This document shows, in pieces, positions 55,299 through 64,000 of a stretch of 64,000 nucleotides of DNA. How positions within the stretch are numbered: position 1 is the first letter of the stretch; each line of letters begins with the position of its first letter. Position numbers and translations under genes: made by a program. Source of the DNA: a virus; IMG/VR virus record IMGVR_UViG_3300027708_000057, positions 1 to 64,000 of that record, one strand, 5' to 3'. The notes under the pieces were generated by a model. That model saw only the letters and a list, made by a program, of their open reading frames with translations, searched no databases and had not been told where the DNA came from.

Positions 55299-55327
55299 AT
55301 TATAACATAAAGGGCTCACTCTGTAAA
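55299..55327 (-). promoter_or_regulatory. Polymerase promoter overlapping a hairpin
   Basis: TTTACA-N17-TATAAT within the aaagggctcact/agtgagcccttt inverted repeat. Confidence 0.7.
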
Positions 55328-55348
55328 TATCAAAGTGAGCCCTTTTTT
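55309..55348. terminator. Terminator hairpin downstream of hsp20
   Basis: aaagggctcact...agtgagccctttttt. Confidence 0.7.
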
Positions 55349-55362
55349 AAGTTAGATTATAA

Positions 55363-55776
55363 TTAGTATTCAATTGCAATATTGCGCGGTTTCTTTTCTT
55401 CAGGAATTTCCAATTTTAAAGAAACTCCAAGAATACCATTCGCTAATGTCGCATTTTCGACAATAACTTGCTCAGCCAATTTAAAAGATCGTTCAAATGC
55501 ACGCGTACCAATCCCTTTATGAGAATAATTACGTTCATCTTTATCCGTCTTCTTGCCTGTTATAGTTAATGTGTTGTTTTTCACCTCAATGTTTAACTCA
55601 TTCCCAGAGAAGCCTGCTACCGCAAGTTCTACGAGGAATTCATTGCCTTCATTTCCTATTCGCACAATATTATGTGGTGGATAGGATAAAGCAGGACCAA
55701 CTGCGAGGGCTTGTTCAAATTCAGTAAAGAATCGTTCAAATCCGATACCGAAATTACTATTGTTTATGTATTTCAT
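55363..55776 (-). CDS. hsp20: Small heat-shock protein
   Basis: YPPHNI, ELAVAGF, HKGI..RAF.RSF.L, NGIL, IPEEKKPR.I.I. Confidence 0.95.
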   Translation of the reverse strand: MKYINNSNFGIGFERFFTEFEQALAVGPALSYPPHNIVRIGNEGNEFLVELAVAGFSGNELNIEVKNNTLTITGKKTDKDERNYSHKGIGTRAFERSFKLAEQVIVENATLANGILGVSLKLEIPEEKKPRNIAIEY

Positions 55777-55871
55777 TTTTAACTTCAATTTATGCTAGTT
55801 ATTTTGTTGGTTATTCTACACATGACCCAAAGGCATCATATGTTTTATGACCGCAACAACACGATCAGAAA

Positions 55872-56777
55872 TTATTTCTTTACAAAATCCTTGAAACTCA
55901 AAAGCTTACGATTAGAAATGATCTCAAAGAAAGTCTTATTTTTTTCATTAGAAAGTTTGTGATAGCAAAATTCGACAGACGAATATATTGGAGTATAATG
56001 TAAAGTACTTTCTGCAGGAACTACCAATAAAGTTCCAGTTGTAACCATATCTCCTTTTTTAGGATCCCCGGTACGAATTGGATTCATGAAGGGATCCTTA
56101 CTCGGGCTTTGGTTTAAAGCATCTAATAATCCCTTTGGGTTTGTTATATCATTATCTCTCAAATAGTTATTTACTATTTTCCATCTTGATTCAGAACTTT
56201 CTCGGCATTTTTTGATATAAGGATCCTTAGAATCTTTTACATATCCTAACATGGGCATATCAATTCCATGATTAGTACGTACTGCATAATTAGCTTCCTT
56301 GGTAATTTCTTTTAGATTGTAAATATAATCCCTAGGATAATCTTTAGTTGCCTTCTTTTTTCTGATAGTAAAACCTCCTTCAAGAAGATAACATATGTCT
56401 CTATTAAAAATGAAGGTGGCTCCAGCTAATTGTTTATTAATCAAATATTCTGCAGCTTTCTTAGGATCTTTTAATAATAAAGCATTACGAATTGCAAGAC
56501 CGTCTGGAGATATAATAGGTTTTTTGGTTTTCTTTTTCAATAATATTTTTTTACCTTCCTTCTCATCATCAGCTACAGAAAAGGATGCAGATATAATTGA
56601 TAAGCCTGTTTCATTTAAACCTTCAGTCCAACGAGTTGTCTGATCATCAATATAAAGTCTTTGAATTGAATCTCTATTCGAATTAATGATTTTAATGAAA
56701 CACGGATAATTTCTATCTCTGCATTTGGCTCCAACAAAACCAATATCTTTTAAAAATTTCACAGCAATGCAGCACAT
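55872..56777 (-). CDS. Ntn-hydrolase-fold peptidase-like protein
   Basis: N-terminal Cys, K.RDRNY, EGLNE.G, RTNHG, SS..R. Confidence 0.7.
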   Translation of the reverse strand: MCCIAVKFLKDIGFVGAKCRDRNYPCFIKIINSNRDSIQRLYIDDQTTRWTEGLNETGLSIISASFSVADDEKEGKKILLKKKTKKPIISPDGLAIRNALLLKDPKKAAEYLINKQLAGATFIFNRDICYLLEGGFTIRKKKATKDYPRDYIYNLKEITKEANYAVRTNHGIDMPMLGYVKDSKDPYIKKCRESSESRWKIVNNYLRDNDITNPKGLLDALNQSPSKDPFMNPIRTGDPKKGDMVTTGTLLVVPAESTLHYTPIYSSVEFCYHKLSNEKNKTFFEIISNRKLLSFKDFVKK

Positions 56778-56783
56778 ATCTAT

Positions 56784-56791
56784 TATTTATA
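56784..56791 (-). promoter_or_regulatory. T4-type late promoter
   Basis: TATAAATA on the minus strand. Confidence 0.7.
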
Positions 56792-56800
56792 AAAATAAGA

Positions 56801-57223
56801 TCATTTCTTACCTATTGAATATTTTACGCGAAATTCCCAATTACATTTATCTTTATGTGGTACAATCTTAATTTTTTTTAAATCTGATACTGGAACAGCT
56901 TTCGATATATCTGCAATTTTCAATAAATTCCAATCTTGTAAAAGAACTGCAATGGTATTTCTGCGTGAAATATCTTCCTTAGTGATTGTAGTAATTTTAC
57001 CATCTAGGGCAAACATCTCTTTAAAGGATACAATATAATAATGACCTCTCTTATGAAGTATATGGCAACTTTGAAATAATACATTAGGTTCTCGTTTAGA
57101 CTCAATACCTATCCTAGAAAGAGTTTCCTTAACTTTTAGAAAGTTATCGGGAGTTTCCAAAATAATTTCAAGCATTATAGAGGAAGACCAGTTTATAACA
57201 CTATCTTGTGGAGAATGATTCAT
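56801..57223 (-). CDS. regA: Translational repressor RegA
   Basis: FLKVKETL.RIG, L.QSCHILHK.G.YYIV.FKE.F.LDG, RRN.IA.LL..W, KY.IG. Confidence 0.97.
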   Translation of the reverse strand: MNHSPQDSVINWSSSIMLEIILETPDNFLKVKETLSRIGIESKREPNVLFQSCHILHKRGHYYIVSFKEMFALDGKITTITKEDISRRNTIAVLLQDWNLLKIADISKAVPVSDLKKIKIVPHKDKCNWEFRVKYSIGKK

Positions 57224-57261
57224 AATAAGTAAATTTATTTATATGCAAAATTTGCATAGTT

Positions 57262-57486
57262 TTACTTACGATGTTGCTGCCGTCGATGCCTCGATTTTCT
57301 TGAAACTTTCGATGCTGCCCGTCTCTTAGAAAATCTCTTGGGAGATAAATTCTTTTTTGACTTGCATATCGGCTGAGCTTTGCTAAGTTTAATCTCAGGT
57401 TTGGAATTAAGATATTCCGAATTCATATGACTCCGACTATCTGTCGAGTTTGGATCATATGTTTCTATCATAGTACTATTATTCAT
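57262..57486 (-). CDS. Small basic hypothetical protein
   Basis: Arg/Lys-rich C-terminus. Confidence 0.5.
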   Translation of the reverse strand: MNNSTMIETYDPNSTDSRSHMNSEYLNSKPEIKLSKAQPICKSKKNLSPKRFSKRRAASKVSRKSRHRRQQHRK

Positions 57487-57487
57487 G

Positions 57488-57961
57488 CTATTGCTTTCCT
57501 CCTTTATCAACTCTTTTCCGCAACACAATCATCTGATCTTCCGTTAAACATGGCAACGCAGCACGAGCTTTTTCTGCACTATAATTATACAATTCCATTA
57601 GAACTGCAACATCTCCAGAATTATCACTTGCTTTACCCCATTTTGCAAATCTTTTTTTAGGTCGAATAGTATTCCTTAAAAATTCATATTGCATTTTATG
57701 AGGAAGACCTGGATATGAATTTAATACATTTGCAAGGAGAATAGTGTCTGAAAAATTTGAGAAATTTCGATTGATTAGAAATGAATTGTATAATTTCTCA
57801 ATTTCAGTTTTTGCATTTTCAGATTGATCTGCTGAGCAATCCTTCATTAAGTTTTCACCCCGAATCCCTTCATTGATATTAAATACAATATCAAAAACTC
57901 CAAAAGATTTAATCTTCGGAGGAAGTTGAGACTTTTCCTCTACTTTCTTTTTTGCAGCCAT
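57488..57961 (-). CDS. gp62: Clamp loader small subunit
   Basis: F.INR.FS.F.DT...AN, QY.FL...I...KRF.KW.K, YS.EKA, KGG. Confidence 0.92.
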   Translation of the reverse strand: MAAKKKVEEKSQLPPKIKSFGVFDIVFNINEGIRGENLMKDCSADQSENAKTEIEKLYNSFLINRNFSNFSDTILLANVLNSYPGLPHKMQYEFLRNTIRPKKRFAKWGKASDNSGDVAVLMELYNYSAEKARAALPCLTEDQMIVLRKRVDKGGKQ

Positions 57962-57968
57962 GATATAA

Positions 57969-58922
57969 TTAGTGCTTCCAATTAATGCTTCCCATAATTT
58001 CTGTACAAGCCGCAACTAATTGTAACTCCTTATCAACTGTATTTTGTGACTTGAAACTATACTCTGCAAGAATTAGAACAGCACTAGGAATACTTGAAGC
58101 TTCAACATGTTCAGATAGAGCGTCATAGATTTTATGATATACAACTGTAGAATCTAAACTTGAATTAGTTGCGACCCATGAACGCATTTTTCCAAAGTCT
58201 TTTGTTTTCAGATACGTAATAAGTTCACCTAAATTCTCATCAGAACTTCCAACAAGAATATCAGATGTAATTTCCCCAGATACTGAATAACGTTGACATT
58301 CTCCCAAGACTCGACGCCAATCCGGAGCAAATTTAAGAATAAGTTCGACAAGGATTTTATCATCAGCACATTTAATATTTTCAGTTTTGAGAATAAACTT
58401 CATGCGCTTCATAAACTGCTGAGCAAGAGATACGATATCTTTTTTTGAAGGATTAAAATCAATTATAGTACAACGGCTTTGAATAGCATCTAAAATTTTA
58501 CCTTGAAAGTTTGCGGTAAAAATGAAACGAGTGTTTAAAGCGAATGTTTCAATACTAGATTTGAGCGCCATCTGGAAGGCTGACGTAAGTCCGCAAGCTT
58601 CATCAATTATTACAACCTTAACGCCACCTCCAAATGAAACAGTTGATGAAAATTGAGTTATCTTATTTCTAAGGATGTCAACTCCATTTTCCGAGGATCC
58701 ATTTATGAAGATATAATCCAATCCCATTGCTTTACACATAGAAATTGCGCTTGCCGATTTTCCGCAACCGCTTTTTCCAACTAAAAGCATATTTGGAATA
58801 TCCCTAGACTTTACTATTTCACTTAGAGTATTTTTAATGCTTTGTGGTAAAATACAATCCTCAATTATTTGCGGACGATATTTTTCTACCCACAATGATT
58901 CATTTAAGTTAATTTTTTTCAT
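57969..58922 (-). CDS. gp44: Clamp loader large subunit
   Basis: LWVEKYRP, G.SG.GKS, INGS, IIDEA, FIFTAN, SRC, PDWRR.L.E.Q. Confidence 0.97.
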   Translation of the reverse strand: MKKINLNESLWVEKYRPQIIEDCILPQSIKNTLSEIVKSRDIPNMLLVGKSGCGKSASAISMCKAMGLDYIFINGSSENGVDILRNKITQFSSTVSFGGGVKVVIIDEACGLTSAFQMALKSSIETFALNTRFIFTANFQGKILDAIQSRCTIIDFNPSKKDIVSLAQQFMKRMKFILKTENIKCADDKILVELILKFAPDWRRVLGECQRYSVSGEITSDILVGSSDENLGELITYLKTKDFGKMRSWVATNSSLDSTVVYHKIYDALSEHVEASSIPSAVLILAEYSFKSQNTVDKELQLVAACTEIMGSINWKH

Positions 58923-58928
58923 GTTTTG

Positions 58929-58984
58929 TATAAATAGATTATATATTAAGTTATGTGATTTGTAAATAACCTTTCATATAAATA
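58929..58984 (+). promoter_or_regulatory. Two late promoters for the endonuclease gene, interleaved with the divergent gp44 promoter
   Basis: TATAAATA at 58929 and 58977; TTTACA-N17-TATAAT on the minus strand at 58938-58966. Confidence 0.65.
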
Positions 58985-58988
58985 ATAT

Positions 58989-59938
58989 ATACCCGAAGGT
59001 TTAACATGTAAAGATCCTTATGTTTATGGGATACGACACAGACCGTCCATGGAATTATATATAGAATCTAAATATTCAAAATTTACATGTGATTCTTCAA
59101 TATTGATGATGAAATTTGGATATTTAACATCATCAGAATATATCAAAAAATACATTGAAAGGGACGGATTAGATTCATTTGAAATCTTATTCATTAAGCA
59201 TTTTGCAACAGGTCCTGAAGCTATTGCATATGAAACATGGTCTTTTACAACAGTTAATGCCGCAAGACATCCTAGATATACAAATAAATCCAATGGTGGT
59301 ATTTCATTTTATTGTATAACTCGTACCGAAGAGGCGAACCGCAAAATTACAGAATTTCAAAATAACAGTCCCTATTGGACTAATGGAACTGTAAACAAGC
59401 GAGCGAGAACATCTCCCGGACCTGATTTTTATAAAGGGTTTACTACATCAGAAGATTTTCATACAAGATTGCATGATATTAATATAGATATGATCTTATG
59501 GACTAATGGTACTATATCAACATATTCAAAAGAGTGTCCAGGTCCTGATTATATTAAGGGTCACCATGATCGTGAAAATATAAATCAAAAACAGAGTAAA
59601 GCTAAACAGGGTATGTTAGTTGGACCAATGGAACTATTAATAAATTTTGTATAGAATGCCCCGATTCTAATTATATATTAGGAATTACAGTGTCAGAGGC
59701 TTCTCTAGAAATAAGAAGAAATAAAAAACTTAATATAAGATGCTGGAATAATGGGATAATTAATATAAGCTCACTTGATTGTCCAGGAGAGGATTTCTCT
59801 TTAGGTAAGATAGTTTCAATTGAAGAAAATCAAAATAGAGCCAAAGCTAGAAAAGGTAAAAAACTCTATGATAAAGAAGGTGAGGGTCAACAATATTTCT
59901 TTGAACAACCAGAAGATACGGCATGGGTTCTTAGATAA
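58989..59938 (+). pseudogene. Frameshifted GIY-YIG (Seg-like) homing endonuclease with four W.NG repeats
   Basis: PYVYGIRH...LYIES, YLTSS, Y.N.SNG; repeats WTNG...PG..F..G; frame change near 59620 joins the two listed ORFs. Confidence 0.75.
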
Positions 59939-59943
59939 TCAAA

Positions 59944-59982
59944 ATAAAAAAACTCTTGAAAGACATAATGATCTTTCAAGAG
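59944..59982 (-). terminator. Terminator hairpin
   Basis: ctcttgaaaga / tctttcaagag with an A tract on the left. Confidence 0.7.
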
Positions 59983-59997
59983 GCTATTTCGTATCTT

Positions 59998-60258
59998 TTA
60001 AGGCTGCGGCTTCGTAATCGCAGAATATAACTCCTTAACTTCTCCAACTTCAGCTTCAAACAATGCCACAGTTCTACTGTGAAACAACTTTGCTACCTTT
60101 CGCAGTGTTTTCTTTTCTAGCTCGAACGCCGCCGAACTTGTGTCAATGATCTCCTTAATTTGCTCTCTCGCATCGTCAATCTTCGACATCTCTAGAGAGA
60201 TTTCACGAATAGAATCAAGAATTTCTTGGTTCTTTTTAGGGTCTGTTAGATCAATCAT
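59998..60258 (-). CDS. T4 DsbA-like dsDNA-binding protein
   Basis: EIS..M..ID...E.IKEI, L.K.AKLFH, ELY. Confidence 0.7.
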   Translation of the reverse strand: MIDLTDPKKNQEILDSIREISLEMSKIDDAREQIKEIIDTSSAAFELEKKTLRKVAKLFHSRTVALFEAEVGEVKELYSAITKPQP

Positions 60259-60264
60259 ATATGT

Positions 60265-60768
60265 TTATTCTTGATGTTGTTTGAGAAATTCTAAGGCTTG
60301 GGAAGTAATATCTTTCATATCATTTGTTGTAACGTTCATAATTTCTTTATAGAACACTTCAAAGGCTTCTTCTTTACTACGTGTAACCTCTAAATCTTGT
60401 ACACGTTTTAGACTATATGTAACAATAGTGTTATCCTCTTGGCCGATAACACTAATCATAGGCATGAATGTATTGCAATCTATAAAGCGAAGAATTCTAA
60501 ATGGTGGTCTAGTTTCTGTTAGGAGTTTACGGCAATGATCTTGGAGATGATCAATTGCTTCAAGGACAAGTTCCTTTTCTTCTTCTGTTGATGCAGCAAT
60601 TTCAACTTTTCGCAACAATTCAAAAACAAAATTCTGATTAAATAATCCCGGATGAATTGGATCCATATCAACTTTAACAAGTAATTGATTATCCTTTTCA
60701 CGTAATGTCATTACTCCGAGACGCCGCTGATGATTATCGACTGAAATGATCTTATACGAGTTTTTCAT
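60265..60768 (-). CDS. Hypothetical protein
   Basis: 167-aa ORF. Confidence 0.6.
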   Translation of the reverse strand: MKNSYKIISVDNHQRRLGVMTLREKDNQLLVKVDMDPIHPGLFNQNFVFELLRKVEIAASTEEEKELVLEAIDHLQDHCRKLLTETRPPFRILRFIDCNTFMPMISVIGQEDNTIVTYSLKRVQDLEVTRSKEEAFEVFYKEIMNVTTNDMKDITSQALEFLKQHQE

Positions 60769-60769
60769 A

Positions 60770-60946
60770 TTAATTGGTTAGTTTATAATCAGTATCTTCA
60801 ACAAGCCCATTAGCTTTCAAAGTCATCATCGCTTGAGTAATAGCACCTGTCGTGAAAAACTTCAAAACAGTTTCAGAATCAAATGAATCAAAGCAGACAT
60901 TTCCAATAAGACAAGCTTTTGCAATGTTCAATGATTGTGTATTCAT
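60770..60946 (-). CDS. Hypothetical protein
   Basis: Likely start MNTQSL. Confidence 0.45.
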   Translation of the reverse strand: MNTQSLNIAKACLIGNVCFDSFDSETVLKFFTTGAITQAMMTLKANGLVEDTDYKLTN

Positions 60947-61025
60947 AAATTTAAGAAATAACATAATAATTATAGATAGAAGGGCATATCAATATAAAAT
61001 CAATATGCCCTTCTGGGTTAGCCTC

Positions 61026-61301
61026 TTAGGCTTTAACTCCCGTGAAATCGATGGAAATTACATTTGATTCTTTTTCTGAATTCACGGTATCTAATGTAGT
61101 AGGTACTTGTTCAGTATCAGAAGAATCGTCTTCATTCTCTTGAACTGGTAGAAATGCACGAAGTCGTTCAAAGAACGCTCCAACCACACTAAATTCCTCA
61201 GGAGCAATTGCTCCACGTCGACTAACTGTAGAAATAATGGAAACCATTAATGAGATATCTTCTAGACTAAGTGCTACTGTATTTTGTGTTTCTTGTGTCA
61301 T
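61026..61301 (-). CDS. Conserved hypothetical protein
   Basis: L.L.D......II....RRGA....E...VG....RL motif. Confidence 0.7.
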   Translation of the reverse strand: MTQETQNTVALSLEDISLMVSIISTVSRRGAIAPEEFSVVGAFFERLRAFLPVQENEDDSSDTEQVPTTLDTVNSEKESNVISIDFTGVKA

Positions 61302-61599
61302 ATTATGTTTTGTTTTTGTTTATTGTGAGATTTTATCAGAATCGAGAAGGATTAATACGTTGTTTTGGAGCAATACTTGGTCCGCCAGTTGGTGTTGCAT
61401 TAATGTTCACATCAACTTCTTCAGAAAAAACCAGCTGTTCAATATCAAGGGTAATACAATCTGTAGGCATACCATCTTTCAATACTTTCGGCTGAAAACT
61501 TACCCTTCGACCAATGCGATACACAAACCACAACTCCAGATGCTCCTGTAATTTTATCAGTTGCAAGATGGCCTAATTTCAATTCGTTTTTCATAATTA

Positions 61600-62274
61600 T
61601 TAGATAGTAAATGTTGAGCTTTTTTCAAGAGCAAGATAATATTGTACTGGAACTGTTGCATGAGTCCAATGAGAAATCAATTTGGATGAAATATTAACAG
61701 TATAATCTCCAGAAATTACTTTCAAGTTTGAGATTAGAAATTCAAGAGAGAAAACACTTTTGCAATCATTATTTTCATCAATAAGAATATCAAAACTATT
61801 AGCTGAACTATTCTTGGGATCCATCACTGATAATGAAATTACGCCATTATCTCCCTTGATTGAAACCACACTGTGCGATAATGCACTTGCAGCTTTTCTG
61901 ACTTGCGCAATATCTTCTGCAGTGATCGTAAGTGTCAGATCAGATGCAGGCATTTTTACCGCTGACTTTGGAGTTGTAAGAATACTAATATCTGCAAATC
62001 GGAAATTAGCCTTACTACGACCACACGAAAATTGAACCGAGCTTTCGTTAAATTCAAGTTCCGGGGAATCTCCAGTAAGATTATAAATTGCTAGGAATTC
62101 ATTCAAAGAATAAATACCAAATTCTTGTGGAAAAGAATCTGTAAGTTCTGCAATTGAAATCACATTCTTCGCTTCAGAAATTGAAGAAATAGTAGAGCCT
62201 TGCTTTACTACAAGATTTTCATTGATTGTACTAAAATTCTTGAGAATATCTAGAGTTTGTTGAGATAACTTCAT
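61600..62274 (-). CDS. gp45: Sliding clamp
   Basis: MKLS..T..ILKNFS.IN, FGIY.LNEFL, NLK...GDY.V.ISSK, Y..ALE..S. Confidence 0.96.
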   Translation of the reverse strand: MKLSQQTLDILKNFSTINENLVVKQGSTISSISEAKNVISIAELTDSFPQEFGIYSLNEFLAIYNLTGDSPELEFNESSVQFSCGRSKANFRFADISILTTPKSAVKMPASDLTLTITAEDIAQVRKAASALSHSVVSIKGDNGVISLSVMDPKNSSANSFDILIDENNDCKSVFSLEFLISNLKVISGDYTVNISSKLISHWTHATVPVQYYLALEKSSTFTI

Positions 62275-62306
62275 ATTTTATATTATTGAGTGTTTATGTT
62301 AAAATT

Positions 62307-62335
62307 ATTATATACTATTTTGAGAGAATTGTAAA
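62307..62335 (-). promoter_or_regulatory. Sigma70-like promoter
   Basis: TTTACA-N17-TATAAT. Confidence 0.7.
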
Positions 62336-62662
62336 TTACTTTGTTATATTTCCGGGATGAGATAGTTCATACAGAAACATCAGATTACACAATGCATGAG
62401 CTAAATGAGAAAACCCTGATTCTGGATCATTTGTTTCTCCGCGTTTCCATGCCCAAAGGTGTCTATTGATTGCAGCAAAATATCTCGTTTCTCCATTATC
62501 GACATGCCGCCAATTATCTGGAGAATATTTTGCGGCACCATGTGTAAGTACGGCTACCATAGAATCCAGCGCAAAAGGAGGAATCAAATCATACCGATGT
62601 TTTTCGGTATCATATTTAATTCCAACTTCTTTTATCGGTACTGCAGTATCTTTGCTTTTCAT
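62336..62662 (-). CDS. dATP/dGTP diphosphohydrolase-like protein (DUF5664)
   Basis: KYD..K.RYDLIP, GA.KY..DNW, RHL.AW..GE..DPESG..HLAHA. Confidence 0.88.
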   Translation of the reverse strand: MKSKDTAVPIKEVGIKYDTEKHRYDLIPPFALDSMVAVLTHGAAKYSPDNWRHVDNGETRYFAAINRHLWAWKRGETNDPESGFSHLAHALCNLMFLYELSHPGNITK

Positions 62663-62765
62663 TCGGGAAAATTTGTAACTATATTATTGATCAAGTTGAA
62701 TTATAAAGGATATAATTGCTGATTTCTATTTCATAATATAGAGACTCTGTGATGTTTATCTAAGA

Positions 62766-62804
62766 AGGAGACGGTATTGCACACCACACACAATACCGTC
62801 TCCT
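62766..62804. terminator. 14-bp-stem hairpin
   Basis: aggagacggtattg / caataccgtctcct. Confidence 0.65.
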
Positions 62805-62819
62805 ATTTTACCCTACCAA

Positions 62820-63068
62820 TTAGTAATTTTCGCCAAGGGAATAAACTGTGGTAGTTGTACCATCGCGAAGAGTACGGCGGCTAGAATTGATTTTGATGCC
62901 ATGCTCTGTGCGCAGTTTATTCACTACACGCTTCGGATCCTTGACTGCTACCGACTTTGCATCGGTTGCAGCCAGCTCATTTCCCGCAGCAAGGAATGCA
63001 TACACAGATTCCTTTTGGGTGTACTTCGAGAGTAGAGCGGTCAACTTCTTAGTTTGTGGCTTTGTCAT
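62820..63068 (-). CDS. Small winged-HTH DNA-binding protein
   Basis: L..G......A.....P..V..LR..G..I...Y.LG. Confidence 0.65.
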   Translation of the reverse strand: MTKPQTKKLTALLSKYTQKESVYAFLAAGNELAATDAKSVAVKDPKRVVNKLRTEHGIKINSSRRTLRDGTTTTVYSLGENY

Positions 63069-63150
63069 ATCGTTTTTTATTTTTGTTGTTTTTGTTTTAT
63101 GTGAGATAGTATTATAAACTATTCTTTATGATTTGCAAATAAAATTTTGA

Positions 63151-64000
63151 TTAAACCAGAACTTCATCCAAAGTATCAGTTTCTGCAACTAGTTCCATAC
63201 TTTCTGAATTATCAGCTTTGATTAGATTTGCATCAATTTTCTGATAAAGATCCAAAAAGGCTTCACGGACTTCGACTTCAAATCGAGCAATACACATTGA
63301 GATTGCGATAAGACGATCTTGGAAAACCGAATATGTTTTTGCAATATGGCAAAGCCGACGAGTGCTAATCAGTTCGTCAACACCTTCATCTGCATAAGTT
63401 TTGCGAATAACTGAAGACCATGAGACCAGCTTATCAGTAAATTCTTCATCATTACAACCATAAGCTTTCATGTGTTTTGCGAGAATATTACGCTCGATCT
63501 TAAACCCAGGATATGGTTGATCGATTGTGGCGACAAAGCGTTCAAGGAAAGCTTCATCAATAATAGTCGCTGCGGTATAATGATTATCATCACCATACCC
63601 ACGACCCTTTGTATTTGCCGTTGCAATAACATTGAATCCTTGGGCTGGATGAATAATTTCTCCAGTTTGAGGAATCATAATAGGTTTGCCTTCAAGTGCC
63701 CCATTTAGTGCGAAGTATGCCTTATTATTTCCACGGTCAATTTCGTCGATTAGAAGAATTGCTCCAGCTTCCATAGCTTTTACCAAAGGTCCTTTATGGA
63801 AAAATGTCTCTCCATTAATAAGTCGAAATCCTCCTAAAATTTGGTCATTATCAGTTTCAGGTGTAATTTGAAGTCGAATATATTCACGACCAAGCTTTGC
63901 ACAACATTGTTCCACAGAAATAGTTTTGCCTCCCCCGCTTAAACCAAAAATATACACAGGAAAGAACATACGAGATTCAATGATTTTCTTGATATTCTTA
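63151..64000 (-). CDS. CobS/MoxR-like AAA ATPase (5' end outside window)
   Basis: GLSGGGKT, LLIDEID, ATANTKG.G, EAFLERF, ISTRRL. Confidence 0.92.
   Translation of the reverse strand, partial: KNIKKIIESRMFFPVYIFGLSGGGKTISVEQCCAKLGREYIRLQITPETDNDQILGGFRLINGETFFHKGPLVKAMEAGAILLIDEIDRGNNKAYFALNGALEGKPIMIPQTGEIIHPAQGFNVIATANTKGRGYGDDNHYTAATIIDEAFLERFVATIDQPYPGFKIERNILAKHMKAYGCNDEEFTDKLVSWSSVIRKTYADEGVDELISTRRLCHIAKTYSVFQDRLIAISMCIARFEVEVREAFLDLYQKIDANLIKADNSESMELVAETDTLDEVLV

Noticed and set aside
1-64000. tRNA, rRNA or CRISPR-Cas genes
   Set aside because: None recognised in the intergenic regions by eye; a tRNA scan was not run.

Overview
AT-rich fragment of a large T4-like myophage genome. 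The + strand (1-19.5 kb) carries the packaging, tail and head module: gp16, gp17, gp18-gp23 and gp3. The - strand (19.5-64 kb) carries replication genes (gp41, uvsX, split gp43, regA, gp62/44/45), a cytosine-modification cluster around a gp42-type dCMP hydroxymethylase, and many small early accessory genes with TTTACA-N17-TATAAT promoters. Main observations: (1) Two paralogous genes with 63-bp (21-aa) leucine-rich-repeat arrays bracket the head module. They are built from the same small set of sequence segments in different orders, and the complete copy starts with a T4 internal-protein-type capsid-targeting sequence, suggesting a virion-delivered, combinatorially variable LRR protein. (2) The terminase is encoded in three pieces joined by two atypically split inteins plus one cis intein. 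The portal has two tandem inteins. An AAA ATPase is split at its P-loop by an intein whose N-fragment is only 13 aa. (3) The DNA polymerase is split in two, and its second half contains a 245-nt group I intron that the ORF track misses. (4) Two dead tnpB copies share a terminal motif with a palindrome upstream of the LRR gene. All calls are by-eye motif recognition; no database searches were run.
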